Shown: positions 35,056-43,370 of the stretch, piece after piece
Position numbering within the stretch: the stretch's first letter is position 1
How the letters are laid out: the number at the start of each line of letters is the position of its first letter
DNA from: an uncultured Candidatus Saccharibacteria bacterium
GTDB lineage: Bacteria > Patescibacteriota > Minisyncoccia > Minisyncoccales > CAZBVF01
DNA length: 43,601 nucleotides
Direction: 5' to 3'
Assembly: GCA_964495335.1 (NCBI GenBank)
Contig: CAZBVF010000004.1
Location: forward strand, 1-43,601
The notes under the pieces: generated by a model
What the model was told of the DNA's origin: nothing
The model's database searches: none
Seen by the model: the letters and a program-made list of their open reading frames with translations, nothing else
Translations under genes and position numbers: made by a program

Positions 35056-36168
35056 ATGATAACTACTTTTATTGTTGCTTTTTTAGCTATTTTTGCCCTT
35101 TTGATTATTCATGAGTTCGGTCATTTTATTATAGCTAAAAAATGCGGGGTTAAGGTTGAAGAATTCGGAGTCGGATATCCTCCCCGTCTTTTCGGAAAAA
35201 AAATAGGAGAAACTCTTTATTCTGTGAACCTTATTCCTTTCGGTGCTTTTGTTAAAGTTAAGGGAGAAATTGAAGAAGGAGAAGGGGGAGATCTTGAAGA
35301 TTACAGAAGTTTTGCAAATCATCCTATGTGGCAGAGAATGCTTATTGTCTTGGGGGGAGTTTTGTCTTTCTGGATTGTTGCTATAATACTTCTTTCTTTA
35401 GTTTCCGGGGTTTGGGGGATGCCAACGGCAGTTTCTGATACTGAAACAGGACTGACAAATCCAAAAGTGCAAATTATAGGGATTGCCAAAGATTCGCCAG
35501 CTGAGCAGTCAGAACTTGAAGTTGCAGATATTATTTTGGGCATAAAAGTTCCCGATAAAGGTTTTGAAGAGGTTGATAAGTTAGGCCAAGTACAAGAAAT
35601 TATTAATTCTTACAAAGGAGAGGAGGTAGTTTTGAAGATAAAAAGAGGAAATGAAGTTAAGGAATTTTCCATTGTTCCCCGAATTGATTCCCCGGAAAAA
35701 GAAGGGCCCATGGGAGTAGGTTTGGCAAGAATTGCTCTCAAGAAATCTCCTTGGTACAAAGCTCCCTTTGAGGGAGCAAGACTTACGGGCATTATGACCT
35801 TAAGTGTTTTAGACGGATGGGTTATGGCCATTAAGGATCTTGCCGGAGTTGAAGAACTTCCTTCGGGAGTTAATCTTGAGATGAGAGGTCCTTTGGGAAT
35901 CTTTACTCTTTTGACGGAATATTTCGAGATGGGTATTAACTATTTCTTCTATTTAATCTCATTGATCTCTGTTGCTCTTGCCTTGGCAAATATTCTTCCT
36001 ATACCTGCTTTGGATGGAGGAAAAATTGTTTTTTTAGGAATTGAATCTATAAGAGGAAAGCCTGTCTCTCCTCAACTTGAACAAAAGATAAGCACTTTCT
36101 TTTTCATGGTTTTAATTCTTCTCTTGGCTTATGTTACTATTAGATTTGACATTCCAAGATTTCTTTAA
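35056..36168 (+). CDS. rseP: Site-2 (M50) intramembrane zinc metalloprotease with PDZ domain, RseP-like
   Basis: HEFGHF at the N-terminus, a central PDZ-like segment, and the C-terminal NILPIPALDGG motif. Confidence 0.85.
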   Translation: MITTFIVAFLAIFALLIIHEFGHFIIAKKCGVKVEEFGVGYPPRLFGKKIGETLYSVNLIPFGAFVKVKGEIEEGEGGDLEDYRSFANHPMWQRMLIVLGGVLSFWIVAIILLSLVSGVWGMPTAVSDTETGLTNPKVQIIGIAKDSPAEQSELEVADIILGIKVPDKGFEEVDKLGQVQEIINSYKGEEVVLKIKRGNEVKEFSIVPRIDSPEKEGPMGVGLARIALKKSPWYKAPFEGARLTGIMTLSVLDGWVMAIKDLAGVEELPSGVNLEMRGPLGIFTLLTEYFEMGINYFFYLISLISVALALANILPIPALDGGKIVFLGIESIRGKPVSPQLEQKISTFFFMVLILLLAYVTIRFDIPRFL

Positions 36169-36173
36169 TTTTT

Positions 36174-37613
36174 ATGAAGAAAAACTTTGAAAAAAAAGAA
36201 ATAGCGAAGAAAGCAGAAAATTTTTCAAAATGGTATACGGATGTTGTTCTGAAGTCTGGAATGGCCGAATATGCTCCCGTTAAAGGATGCCAGATTTTTA
36301 ATCCTTACGGGTTTGCTGTTTGGGAAAATATTAAAAAAGCTCTTGATGATGAAATAAAAAAAATGGGAGTAAAAAATGCTTACTTTCCTCTTTTTATTCC
36401 CGAAAGTTTTCTTAAAAAAGAAAAAGAACATGTGGAAGGATTTTCACCTGAGCTTGCGGTTGTTACTATTGGCGGGGGGAAGAAATTGGAAGAGAGATTA
36501 ATTGTAAGACCTACCTCAGAAACTGTTATGTATCACACTTATGCTAAGTGGATTAACTCTTGGAGGGACTTGCCTGTTCTCATTAATCAATGGTGTAATG
36601 TTGTCAGATGGGAAAAAAGGCCCAGGCTTTTTTTAAGAACAAGTGAATTTCTGTGGCAAGAAGGGCATACTGTTCACGAAACACATAAAGAATCTTTGGA
36701 TTTTGTTAAAAAAGCACTGAAGGCTTACATTAAAATTTATCGCGATTTTCTTGCTATTGATGGATTTTGGGGAGTAAAGAGTGAGCTTGAAAAATTTCCG
36801 GGAGCGGAAGAAACTTACACCTTTGAAGCTTTGATGCCTGATGGGAAAGCTCTTCAAGGAGCAACTTCTCATGATTTGGGCCGTAATTTTTCAAAACCTT
36901 TCGGTATTAAATTTAAGGACAGAGAAGGGAAAGAAGAGTTTCCCTGGCAAACTTCCTGGGGATTTACCACCAGAAGCATAGGGGCTATGATTATGGTTCA
37001 CGGAGATGACGCAGGTCTTGTTATTCCTCCAAAGGTGGCCCCGATCCAGGTTGTTATTATCCCTATCTTCAAAAAAGGGGAGGATAAAAAAATATTTCAG
37101 GAAAATTTAAAGAAAATTAAAAAAAGTTTAAAAAACTTCAGAATTGAAATTGATCAAAGAGAAGAATATTCTCCCGGATGGAAGTTTAACGAATGGGAAC
37201 TTAAAGGTGTTCCTTTGAGGATAGAAATTGGCCAAAGAGAAATTAAAGAAAAGAAGTTAACCTTAACAAGAAGAGATAATGGTAAAAAAGAATTTTCTTC
37301 TTTCAGCTCCTTGAATTCTAACGTAAAAAAGATTTTAAATTCTATACAATCAGACCTTCTCTCGAAAAGTAAAAAAGAGCTTAAAGAAGGAACAAGGGAG
37401 ATTTTTGAATATAGAGAGTTTAAAAAAGAGATGAAGAATAAAAAGGGGTTTTTAAAGGTTTTCTGGTGCGGGAATTCAAAATGCGAGTCAGAAATTAAAA
37501 AAGAAACAAAAGCAACGATCCGCTGTTTTTCCGAAAAATCTAAGATTGAAGGGAAATGTATTTATTGCGGAAAGAAAACTAAAGAAAAGTGGATTTTTGC
37601 CCAATCATATTAA
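36174..37613 (+). CDS. proS: Prolyl-tRNA synthetase, archaeal/eukaryotic type
   Basis: 479 aa. FSKWYTDV...AEY.PVKGC, class II motifs, Cys-rich C-terminal domain, and the terminal Tyr characteristic of this ProRS type. Confidence 0.9.
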   Translation: MKKNFEKKEIAKKAENFSKWYTDVVLKSGMAEYAPVKGCQIFNPYGFAVWENIKKALDDEIKKMGVKNAYFPLFIPESFLKKEKEHVEGFSPELAVVTIGGGKKLEERLIVRPTSETVMYHTYAKWINSWRDLPVLINQWCNVVRWEKRPRLFLRTSEFLWQEGHTVHETHKESLDFVKKALKAYIKIYRDFLAIDGFWGVKSELEKFPGAEETYTFEALMPDGKALQGATSHDLGRNFSKPFGIKFKDREGKEEFPWQTSWGFTTRSIGAMIMVHGDDAGLVIPPKVAPIQVVIIPIFKKGEDKKIFQENLKKIKKSLKNFRIEIDQREEYSPGWKFNEWELKGVPLRIEIGQREIKEKKLTLTRRDNGKKEFSSFSSLNSNVKKILNSIQSDLLSKSKKELKEGTREIFEYREFKKEMKNKKGFLKVFWCGNSKCESEIKKETKATIRCFSEKSKIEGKCIYCGKKTKEKWIFAQSY

Positions 37614-37616
37614 ATC

Positions 37617-38702
37617 ATGTTTGAAATTAAAAAATTTATCTCACATATGTCAGAAGATGTTGCTATTGACTTGGGAACGGCTAACTCTCTTGTTTATGTG
37701 AAGGGCAAGGGGATTGTTATAACCGAACCCTCTGTGGTTGCGGTTAATCAAAAGACCGGTCAAGTTTTAGCGATAGGGAATGAAGCTAAAAGGATGGTTG
37801 GAAGGACTCCTTCTCATATTGTAGCAACAAGACCTTTGGTTAAAGGGGTTATTTCTGATTTCGAAGTAACAGAGCAAATGTTAAGATATTTTATCCAAAA
37901 AGTGAAAGGAGGAAAAATATCAAGCCTTTTCGGTCCTAGGGTGGTTGTAGGGATCCCGTGCGGAGTTACAGAAGTTGAAAAAAGAGCGGTTCAAGATGCA
38001 GCTAAAAATGCCGGGGCCAGAGAAGTTTATTTAATAGAGCAACCCATGGCTGCTGCCCTTGGAGCAAGATTATCCGTTCAAGAAGCAGAAGGGAATTTTA
38101 TCGTTGACATAGGAGGAGGAACTACTGAAGTTGCTGTTATTTCTTTGGGTGGGTTAGTTCTTTCAAAAAGCCTGAGAATCGCCGGAGACAAGCTTAATGA
38201 GGATATAATTACTTTTGCTCAGGAAGAATACAAGCTTTTAATAGGAGAAAGAACTGCGGAAGATGTCAAGATTAATATTGGGTCTGCTTATCCTTCTAAG
38301 AATACTTCTTCTGATAAAAAGGAAAAAAAAGCAAAAGAAATGTCTTTGAGGGGAAGAAATTTAGTGACGGGTTTGCCGGAAGAAATTACTGTCTTTACAA
38401 AGGACATTAGAAAAGCTATGGAAAAATCAGTTAAAAATATTGTGAGTGAGGTAAAATTAACGATAGAAGAAACTCCTCCGGAATTGCTTGCTGATATTAT
38501 GTCGAAAGGGATATATCTTGCGGGAGGAGGATCGCTTTTGAGAGGGCTGGATGCTTTGATTGCTAAAGAAACAAAAATCCCTACTCATGTTATAGATGAT
38601 CCTTTAACGTCTGTTGTTCGGGGAGCGGGCATGGTTCTTGAGGACATAGACAAATTAAGAGAGGTTTTAATAAAGACGGAAGAATTAGAACCTCCTAAAT
38701 AA
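37617..38702 (+). CDS. mreB: MreB paralogue 2 (with a Lys-rich insertion)
   Basis: AIDLGTANS, VDIGGGTTEVAVISLGG, and GGGSLLRGLD. The true start may be the ATG at 37647. Confidence 0.9.
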   Translation: MFEIKKFISHMSEDVAIDLGTANSLVYVKGKGIVITEPSVVAVNQKTGQVLAIGNEAKRMVGRTPSHIVATRPLVKGVISDFEVTEQMLRYFIQKVKGGKISSLFGPRVVVGIPCGVTEVEKRAVQDAAKNAGAREVYLIEQPMAAALGARLSVQEAEGNFIVDIGGGTTEVAVISLGGLVLSKSLRIAGDKLNEDIITFAQEEYKLLIGERTAEDVKINIGSAYPSKNTSSDKKEKKAKEMSLRGRNLVTGLPEEITVFTKDIRKAMEKSVKNIVSEVKLTIEETPPELLADIMSKGIYLAGGGSLLRGLDALIAKETKIPTHVIDDPLTSVVRGAGMVLEDIDKLREVLIKTEELEPPK

Positions 38703-38704
38703 TT

Positions 38705-39007
38705 ATGATCAAGAAAGAAGAAGTTGAACATATTTCCAAGCTTGCAAGAATTGGATTAAGCGAAAAAGAAAAAGAGAAAATGACAAAGGAACTTTCTCTC
38801 ATTTTAGATTATTTTGAAAAAATAAAGGAAATTGATGTTTCCGGCGTTGACCCTACTTCCCGAACGGTTGAAGTTAAAAATGTTAAGAGAGAAGACAGAG
38901 CTTCTATCTTTTCAGCAGAAAAGTCAGAAGAACTTTTAAAAAGATCTCCTGATAGAAAAGGAAAATATGTAAAAGTTAAAGCGGTTTTAGAAAATCATGA
39001 ATACTGA
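38705..39007 (+). CDS. gatC: Asp/Glu-tRNA amidotransferase subunit C
   Basis: 100 aa. VEHISKLARIGLSEKEKE...L..IL.YFE. Confidence 0.9.
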   Translation: MIKKEEVEHISKLARIGLSEKEKEKMTKELSLILDYFEKIKEIDVSGVDPTSRTVEVKNVKREDRASIFSAEKSEELLKRSPDRKGKYVKVKAVLENHEY

Positions 39008-40460
39008 AAACTTGACGATTAAAAAAACACGAAAAGGATTAGTTGAAAAAGATTTTTCAGCTGTTGAGTTAGCGAAATCGTTTTTAGAAAGAATAAAAAA
39101 AAGGAATAAAAAAATTAACGCTGTTTTAACTTTAAACGAAGAAGGATCGCTGACTAAAGCCAAAGAAATTGACAAATTAATCTCACGAGGTGAAAATCTT
39201 CCTTCCTTAGCCGGGATTCCTTGTCTTGTTAAAGATAATATTATGGTAAAGGAGTTGAAGTGTACCGCAGGTTCTAAGATTTTATCAAATTATATTGCTC
39301 CTTATAATGCTTCTGTTGTTAATTTTTTAGAAAAAGAAGGAAGTATTGTCTTGGGGAAAGCAAATCTTGATGAATTTGCGGTTGGTTCTTCGGGGGAATA
39401 TTCTGCTTTTGGGCCCACTTTGAATCCTTTTGATACGGAAAGAGTTGCGGGAGGATCTTCTTCCGGCCCCGGAGCGTCTGTTGGGGACAACCAGTGCGTT
39501 TTCAGCATAGGTTCTGATACGGGAGGATCCATAAGACTGCCTGCTGCTTTTTGCGGAGCGGTGGGATTCAAACCAACTTACGGTGCTGTTTCAAGGTATG
39601 GCTTGATAGCAATGGCTTCTTCCCTTGATCAAATAGGTCCTGTGACAAAAAATGTTGAAGACGCTAAATTAGTTTTTAAATCAATTTCAGCTTTTGACAA
39701 GATGGATTCAACTAAAGTTAATAGGGATTTTTCTAAAAATCTTTCTAAAAAATCTCTAAAGGATCTTAAGCTTGGTGTTCCTAAAGAACTTTTTCCTCTT
39801 TCTTCTTCTGATGATTCTGAAATAGAAAAAGCAATATCAAAAGAGGTAAAAGAAAAGACAAAAGAGTCTATTGAAAAAATGAAGAAAGAAGGTGTTCAGG
39901 TTAAAGAAATAAGCCTTCCCTCCACCTCTTATGCCTTAGCTGTTTATTATATTATTATGTCTTCTGAGCTTTCTTCTAACCTTGCAAGGTATGACGGAAT
40001 TAAGTACGGATATTCTGTTTCAAAAGAAGAAATAAAAAATTTGGATGATGTTTATTTAAAATCAAGAGGAGAGGGATTTGGAGAAGAGATAAGAAGAAGA
40101 ATTATGCTGGGAACATATGCTCTTTCATCGGGATATTATGATGAATATTATGCAAGAGCCCAGAAAATAAGAACGTTAATAAGAAATGAATTTGAAAAAG
40201 CCTTCAAAGAAGTTGATTTTATCTTAACCCCTGCTTCTCCAACTCTTCCCTTTAAACTTGGAGAGAAAATAGCGAATCCCATTTCCATGTATCTTTCGGA
40301 TGTTTTTATGATTCCAGCTAATCTTGCAGGCCTTCCTGCTCTTTCTCTTCCCGTTAGCAAGTGTGGGGATCTTCCTTTGGGGATTCATTTAATGGGACAG
40401 AGGATGGAAGATCTAAATTTATTAGAGGCTGCAAGCCTTCTTGAAAAGATATATGCCTGA
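38997..40460 (+). CDS. gatA: Asp/Glu-tRNA amidotransferase subunit A
   Basis: 487 aa. Amidase signature GGSSSGPGASV ... GSDTGGSIRLPA. Confidence 0.95.
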   Translation: MNTENLTIKKTRKGLVEKDFSAVELAKSFLERIKKRNKKINAVLTLNEEGSLTKAKEIDKLISRGENLPSLAGIPCLVKDNIMVKELKCTAGSKILSNYIAPYNASVVNFLEKEGSIVLGKANLDEFAVGSSGEYSAFGPTLNPFDTERVAGGSSSGPGASVGDNQCVFSIGSDTGGSIRLPAAFCGAVGFKPTYGAVSRYGLIAMASSLDQIGPVTKNVEDAKLVFKSISAFDKMDSTKVNRDFSKNLSKKSLKDLKLGVPKELFPLSSSDDSEIEKAISKEVKEKTKESIEKMKKEGVQVKEISLPSTSYALAVYYIIMSSELSSNLARYDGIKYGYSVSKEEIKNLDDVYLKSRGEGFGEEIRRRIMLGTYALSSGYYDEYYARAQKIRTLIRNEFEKAFKEVDFILTPASPTLPFKLGEKIANPISMYLSDVFMIPANLAGLPALSLPVSKCGDLPLGIHLMGQRMEDLNLLEAASLLEKIYA

Positions 40461-40971
40461 GGAAATATTTTTTTCATTATTAAATCCCGAAGGAAGTCTT
40501 TACTGGGTTTGGTTTTGGATGAAAATTGTTTTCTTTGGAATATCAGCCTTTTTTCTGTCGGTTATTATTTACGGTATTTTAAAAACAAGTTGGCTTAATT
40601 ATTCTTTTATGGAAGATGCATCTGGGTTTATGAAGCATAAGCCTGCCGGGCTTGGAAAGATTTCAAAGAAATGGAACAAGATAATCAAAAGAGTTGAAGA
40701 AGGATCTGAGGATGAATATAAGCTTGCTGTCCTGGAAGCGGAAGAAACCTTAACCGAAGTTTTGGAAAGGCTCGGGTATAAGGGAGAGACTTTAGAAGAA
40801 AAATTAAAAGATTTGCCCGAAGAAACAATCTCTAATATTGAAAATTTAAAGAGTGTTTCCGAAGTTAAAGAAAAGATAGTATACAATCCGGAATATAGTC
40901 TCTCTTTAAATGAAACAAAAAGAATTCTTGATATTTTTAATCAATCCCTAAAAGACTTGCAAGCTTTGTAA
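40453..40971 (+). CDS. Hypothetical membrane protein (one or two N-terminal TM helices, acidic helical C-terminus)
   Basis: ORF 40441..40971. ATG at 40453 overlaps the gatA stop by 8 nt. No family recognised. Confidence 0.5.
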   Translation: MPEEIFFSLLNPEGSLYWVWFWMKIVFFGISAFFLSVIIYGILKTSWLNYSFMEDASGFMKHKPAGLGKISKKWNKIIKRVEEGSEDEYKLAVLEAEETLTEVLERLGYKGETLEEKLKDLPEETISNIENLKSVSEVKEKIVYNPEYSLSLNETKRILDIFNQSLKDLQAL

Positions 40972-40985
40972 TTTTTTGATAATAT
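40957..40985 (+). promoter_or_regulatory. Putative promoter TTGCAA-17-TGaTAATAT for the tRNA cluster
   Basis: -35 at 40957..40962 (inside the end of the upstream ORF), -10 at 40980..40985. Confidence 0.4.
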
Positions 40986-41020
40986 ACTCCCTGTAACCTT
41001 GAAGCTTTTCAAAGGCAACG

Positions 41021-41091
41021 CGCGGGGTGGAGGAGTAGTACCTTGCGGGGCCCATAACCCCGAGACGCACGTGCAAATCGTGCCCCCGCAA
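41021..41091 (+). tRNA. Initiator tRNA-fMet (anticodon CAT), no encoded CCA
   Basis: Folded by hand. 5' CGCGGGG / 3' CCCCGCA with the C1-A72 mismatch. Three G:C pairs close the anticodon loop (CGGGG-CCCATAA-CCCCG). The ends are nearly identical to my recollection of E. coli tRNA-fMet. Confidence 0.85.
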
Positions 41092-41165
41092 CATTTATAT
41101 TATTTTTTTGAATCTTTTTATATAAAATTAAAGGGTTGGTTAGTGGATTAAATTATAAAAATTAT

Positions 41166-41236
41166 GCCGGGGAGTAGATTGGCATCTAAAGTCGTTTCAT
41201 AAGCGATTAACGTAGGTTCGATTCCTGCCCCCGGCA
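41166..41236 (+). tRNA. tRNA with anticodon CAT (elongator Met or lysidine-modified Ile2), no encoded CCA
   Basis: Acceptor GCCGGGG/CCCCGGC, D-stem TAGA/TCTA with GG in the loop, anticodon loop TTCATAA, T-arm GTAGG-TTCGATT-CCTGC. Position 8 is A, and there is an extra nucleotide at the D/anticodon junction. Confidence 0.75.
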
Positions 41237-41286
41237 TAGATTTGTTTCTTTTTAAAAAAGTTTGTAATATATGCTATGATAGTATA

Positions 41287-42321
41287 ATGTATAAACTTGA
41301 AGATTCAGAAAGAATTAAGCGGATTGAAAAGAAATTTAAAAAGCCTATTTCAAAAATTCTTTATAATCTACACTGGAATCAGAATTTAAAGCACAGAGAA
41401 ATTGGAAGGATAGTAGATGTTCCTCGATCTACAGTAACTAAATGGTTTTACCTTTTTAATGTACCTACTCGGTCTAGTAAGAGATTTACGAATTTAAATC
41501 TTAAAAATTATTGCAAGCGGTCAAAAGAAAATAATAAATCGAGAGTAAAAAAAGAATTTCCTTGGCACTTTAAAAAAGATTTTTTTTATACATGGTCAAA
41601 TGAGATGGCATATGTTTTGGGTTTTATGATAGCTGATGGTTTTGTTTTTAAAAATCCTAGAGGTTCTAGTTATTTTGGAATTGCTACAACAGATCGAGAA
41701 ATAGTAGAAAAGATTAGGTTTGTTCTTGGCTCTAACCATAAGATAGGTGTCAGAAAATATAAAAACCCTGAATGGAAAATTTGTTATGTTTTACAAATTG
41801 GGAGCAAAGAAGTAGTTGAGTTTATCAAAAGGTTTGGCCTTATTGCAAACAAAAGCCTTAATATAAATTTTCCGAAAAATATTCCAAATAAGTTTCTTAG
41901 ACACTTTGTAAGAGGTTATTTTGATGGAGACGGGGGTGTATATTTAAAGCAACATTGGAGGAAAAACAGAGGGAAATTATATTGGGTCTTTCAAGTTTAT
42001 TTTGTTTCGGGAAGTAAGAAATTTCTTGAAGGACTGCATGATGCACTTAAAGGATGTGTAAAGGGCGGTTTTATAAATAAGAAAAAAAGAGGATATGCTT
42101 TGGTTTTTAGTCATAGTGACGGACTAGCTTTAGCTCGCTTTATGTATAAAGGTGTTTCAAAAGAAGTGTTTTTAGAAAGAAAATATAATATATTTGCTAA
42201 AGCTTATAAAATACTAAATGGGCCCGTAGAAGAGTCAGGAGTCTTCGTCTCCTTGTCACGGAGAAGATCGTGGGTTCGAATCCCATCGGGCCCGCCAGAA
42301 TTCCGCGTTGGAACCGCATAG
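41287..42321 (+). CDS. Free-standing double-motif LAGLIDADG homing endonuclease with an N-terminal HTH extension; reading frame runs through tRNA-Asp
   Basis: ORF 41242..42321, with the first ATG at 41287. Motif 1 YVLGFMIADGFVF and motif 2 FVRGYFDGDGGVY are ~97 aa apart. HTH-like HREIGRIVDVPRSTVTKWF lies near the N-terminus. Confidence 0.8.
   Translation: MYKLEDSERIKRIEKKFKKPISKILYNLHWNQNLKHREIGRIVDVPRSTVTKWFYLFNVPTRSSKRFTNLNLKNYCKRSKENNKSRVKKEFPWHFKKDFFYTWSNEMAYVLGFMIADGFVFKNPRGSSYFGIATTDREIVEKIRFVLGSNHKIGVRKYKNPEWKICYVLQIGSKEVVEFIKRFGLIANKSLNINFPKNIPNKFLRHFVRGYFDGDGGVYLKQHWRKNRGKLYWVFQVYFVSGSKKFLEGLHDALKGCVKGGFINKKKRGYALVFSHSDGLALARFMYKGVSKEVFLERKYNIFAKAYKILNGPVEESGVFVSLSRRRSWVRIPSGPPEFRVGTA
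42220..42297 (+). tRNA. tRNA-Asp (anticodon GTC) with encoded CCA
   Basis: Acceptor GGGCCCG/CGGGCCC, D-stem GAAG/CTTC, anticodon arm TCTCC-TTGTCAC-GGAGA, T-arm GTGGG-TTCGAAT-CCCAT, discriminator G, then CCA. Confidence 0.9.
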
Positions 42322-42358
42322 GGTGGATTTCCAATGTTGGAACTTTTTTGTGAAAAAT

Positions 42359-42380
42359 CAGCCATTCGTGGCTGTTTTTT
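42359..42380 (+). terminator. Rho-independent terminator after the tRNA cluster
   Basis: CAGCCA-TTCG-TGGCTG followed by TTTTTT. Confidence 0.7.
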
Positions 42381-42443
42381 CGTCTAACTATTAAAACCTA
42401 TTTTGGGATATTCTATAACAGGATATACAATTATATTAAAGAT

Positions 42444-42665
42444 ATGACAAATAGTATTTATTTAAAAGAATATAAGAAAGTCATTGAACGACTTAAAAAA
42501 GCCAGACAAGAATCGGGCTTAAAACAAATAGAGGTTGCCGAGAAGTTAGGCAAACCCCAATCTTATATTTCTAAAATTGAGCAAGGAGAAAGGCGGATAG
42601 ATATAGTAGAATTGAAAAAAATAGCTGATGTTTATAAAAAGACTATCGAATATTTTATAAAATAA
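42444..42665 (+). CDS. XRE-family HTH protein, probable R-M controller (C) protein
   Basis: 73 aa. LKQIEVAEKLGKPQSYISKIEQGERRIDIVEL is an HTH_3 pattern. Its size and its position 3 nt upstream of the endonuclease gene match C proteins. Confidence 0.7.
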   Translation: MTNSIYLKEYKKVIERLKKARQESGLKQIEVAEKLGKPQSYISKIEQGERRIDIVELKKIADVYKKTIEYFIK

Positions 42666-42668
42666 TTT

Positions 42669-43370
42669 ATGAATTTAAAAACATTAAAAGAGAAATTACA
42701 GCATATAAAAAAGATGGGCTATGTAAAAACCCATCGTCGTGGTGATACAGGTATTGGTAAAACATTAGAAGATTTATTAGGAATTAAGGAAAATAATATA
42801 CCTTTGCCAGATATTGGAGAAATTGCAGAATTGAAGTCGTATCGCAAAAGTGCGAAATCGATGATGACTTTATTTACACTTGAACCTCTTCCGAAGGGCG
42901 GTGATCGTGATCGTCTATTACTTGATAATTTTGGATATTCGAAAAGGGACAATCAAAGATCTAAAGAATTACATAGCACGCTTTCATGCAAAAGATTTAA
43001 TAATCAAGATCTAAAATTATCGGTTGAAAAAGATAAAATCCGAGTTAAGGGAAAAGGAAGAAGAATAAATATATTTTGGGATATAGAATCTCTTAGAACT
43101 AAATTTGAAGAAAAATTACCAGCACTTGTCTATGTCTTGGCAGATTCTAAAATTGTTAAAGATGCTGAATATTTTCATTTCAACGAGGCCTATCTTTTAG
43201 AGGATTTTGATTTTGAATTATTTAAAAAGAGAGTCAGGGCGGATGATATAGTTGTTGATTTTAGAATGTATTATAGGCCCAACGGTTCAGTTAGAAATCA
43301 TGGCACTGGTTTTCGGGTTAAAATAATAAAAATCGACGACTGTTTTTCTAAGAGAACTAGGTTAATTTAA
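42669..43370 (+). CDS. Type II restriction endonuclease, MvaI/BcnI (MutH-like) family
   Basis: 233 aa. ENNIPLPDIGEIAELKSYRKSAKSMMTLFTLEP parallels the BcnI segment ENNITLGDLGEFELKG...SNLTLFHKKP as I recall it (D..E.K catalytic motif). FHFNEAYLL and NHGTGFRV also parallel BcnI. Confidence 0.7.
   Translation: MNLKTLKEKLQHIKKMGYVKTHRRGDTGIGKTLEDLLGIKENNIPLPDIGEIAELKSYRKSAKSMMTLFTLEPLPKGGDRDRLLLDNFGYSKRDNQRSKELHSTLSCKRFNNQDLKLSVEKDKIRVKGKGRRINIFWDIESLRTKFEEKLPALVYVLADSKIVKDAEYFHFNEAYLLEDFDFELFKKRVRADDIVVDFRMYYRPNGSVRNHGTGFRVKIIKIDDCFSKRTRLI

Noticed and set aside
41166-41236. The idea that the LAGLIDADG gene sits in a tRNA intron or splits a tRNA
   Set aside because: Both flanking tRNAs fold completely without the ORF region, and I saw no group I intron-like pairing around the ORF.
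42307-42343. GTTGGAAC direct repeat (42307..42314 and 42336..42343) as an att-site scar after tRNA-Asp
   Set aside because: An 8-bp repeat 29 bp apart is easily due to chance. It also forms part of a local TTGGAA/TTCCAA hairpin in the tRNA trailer. A real att repeat should copy the tRNA 3' end and would lie beyond the window.
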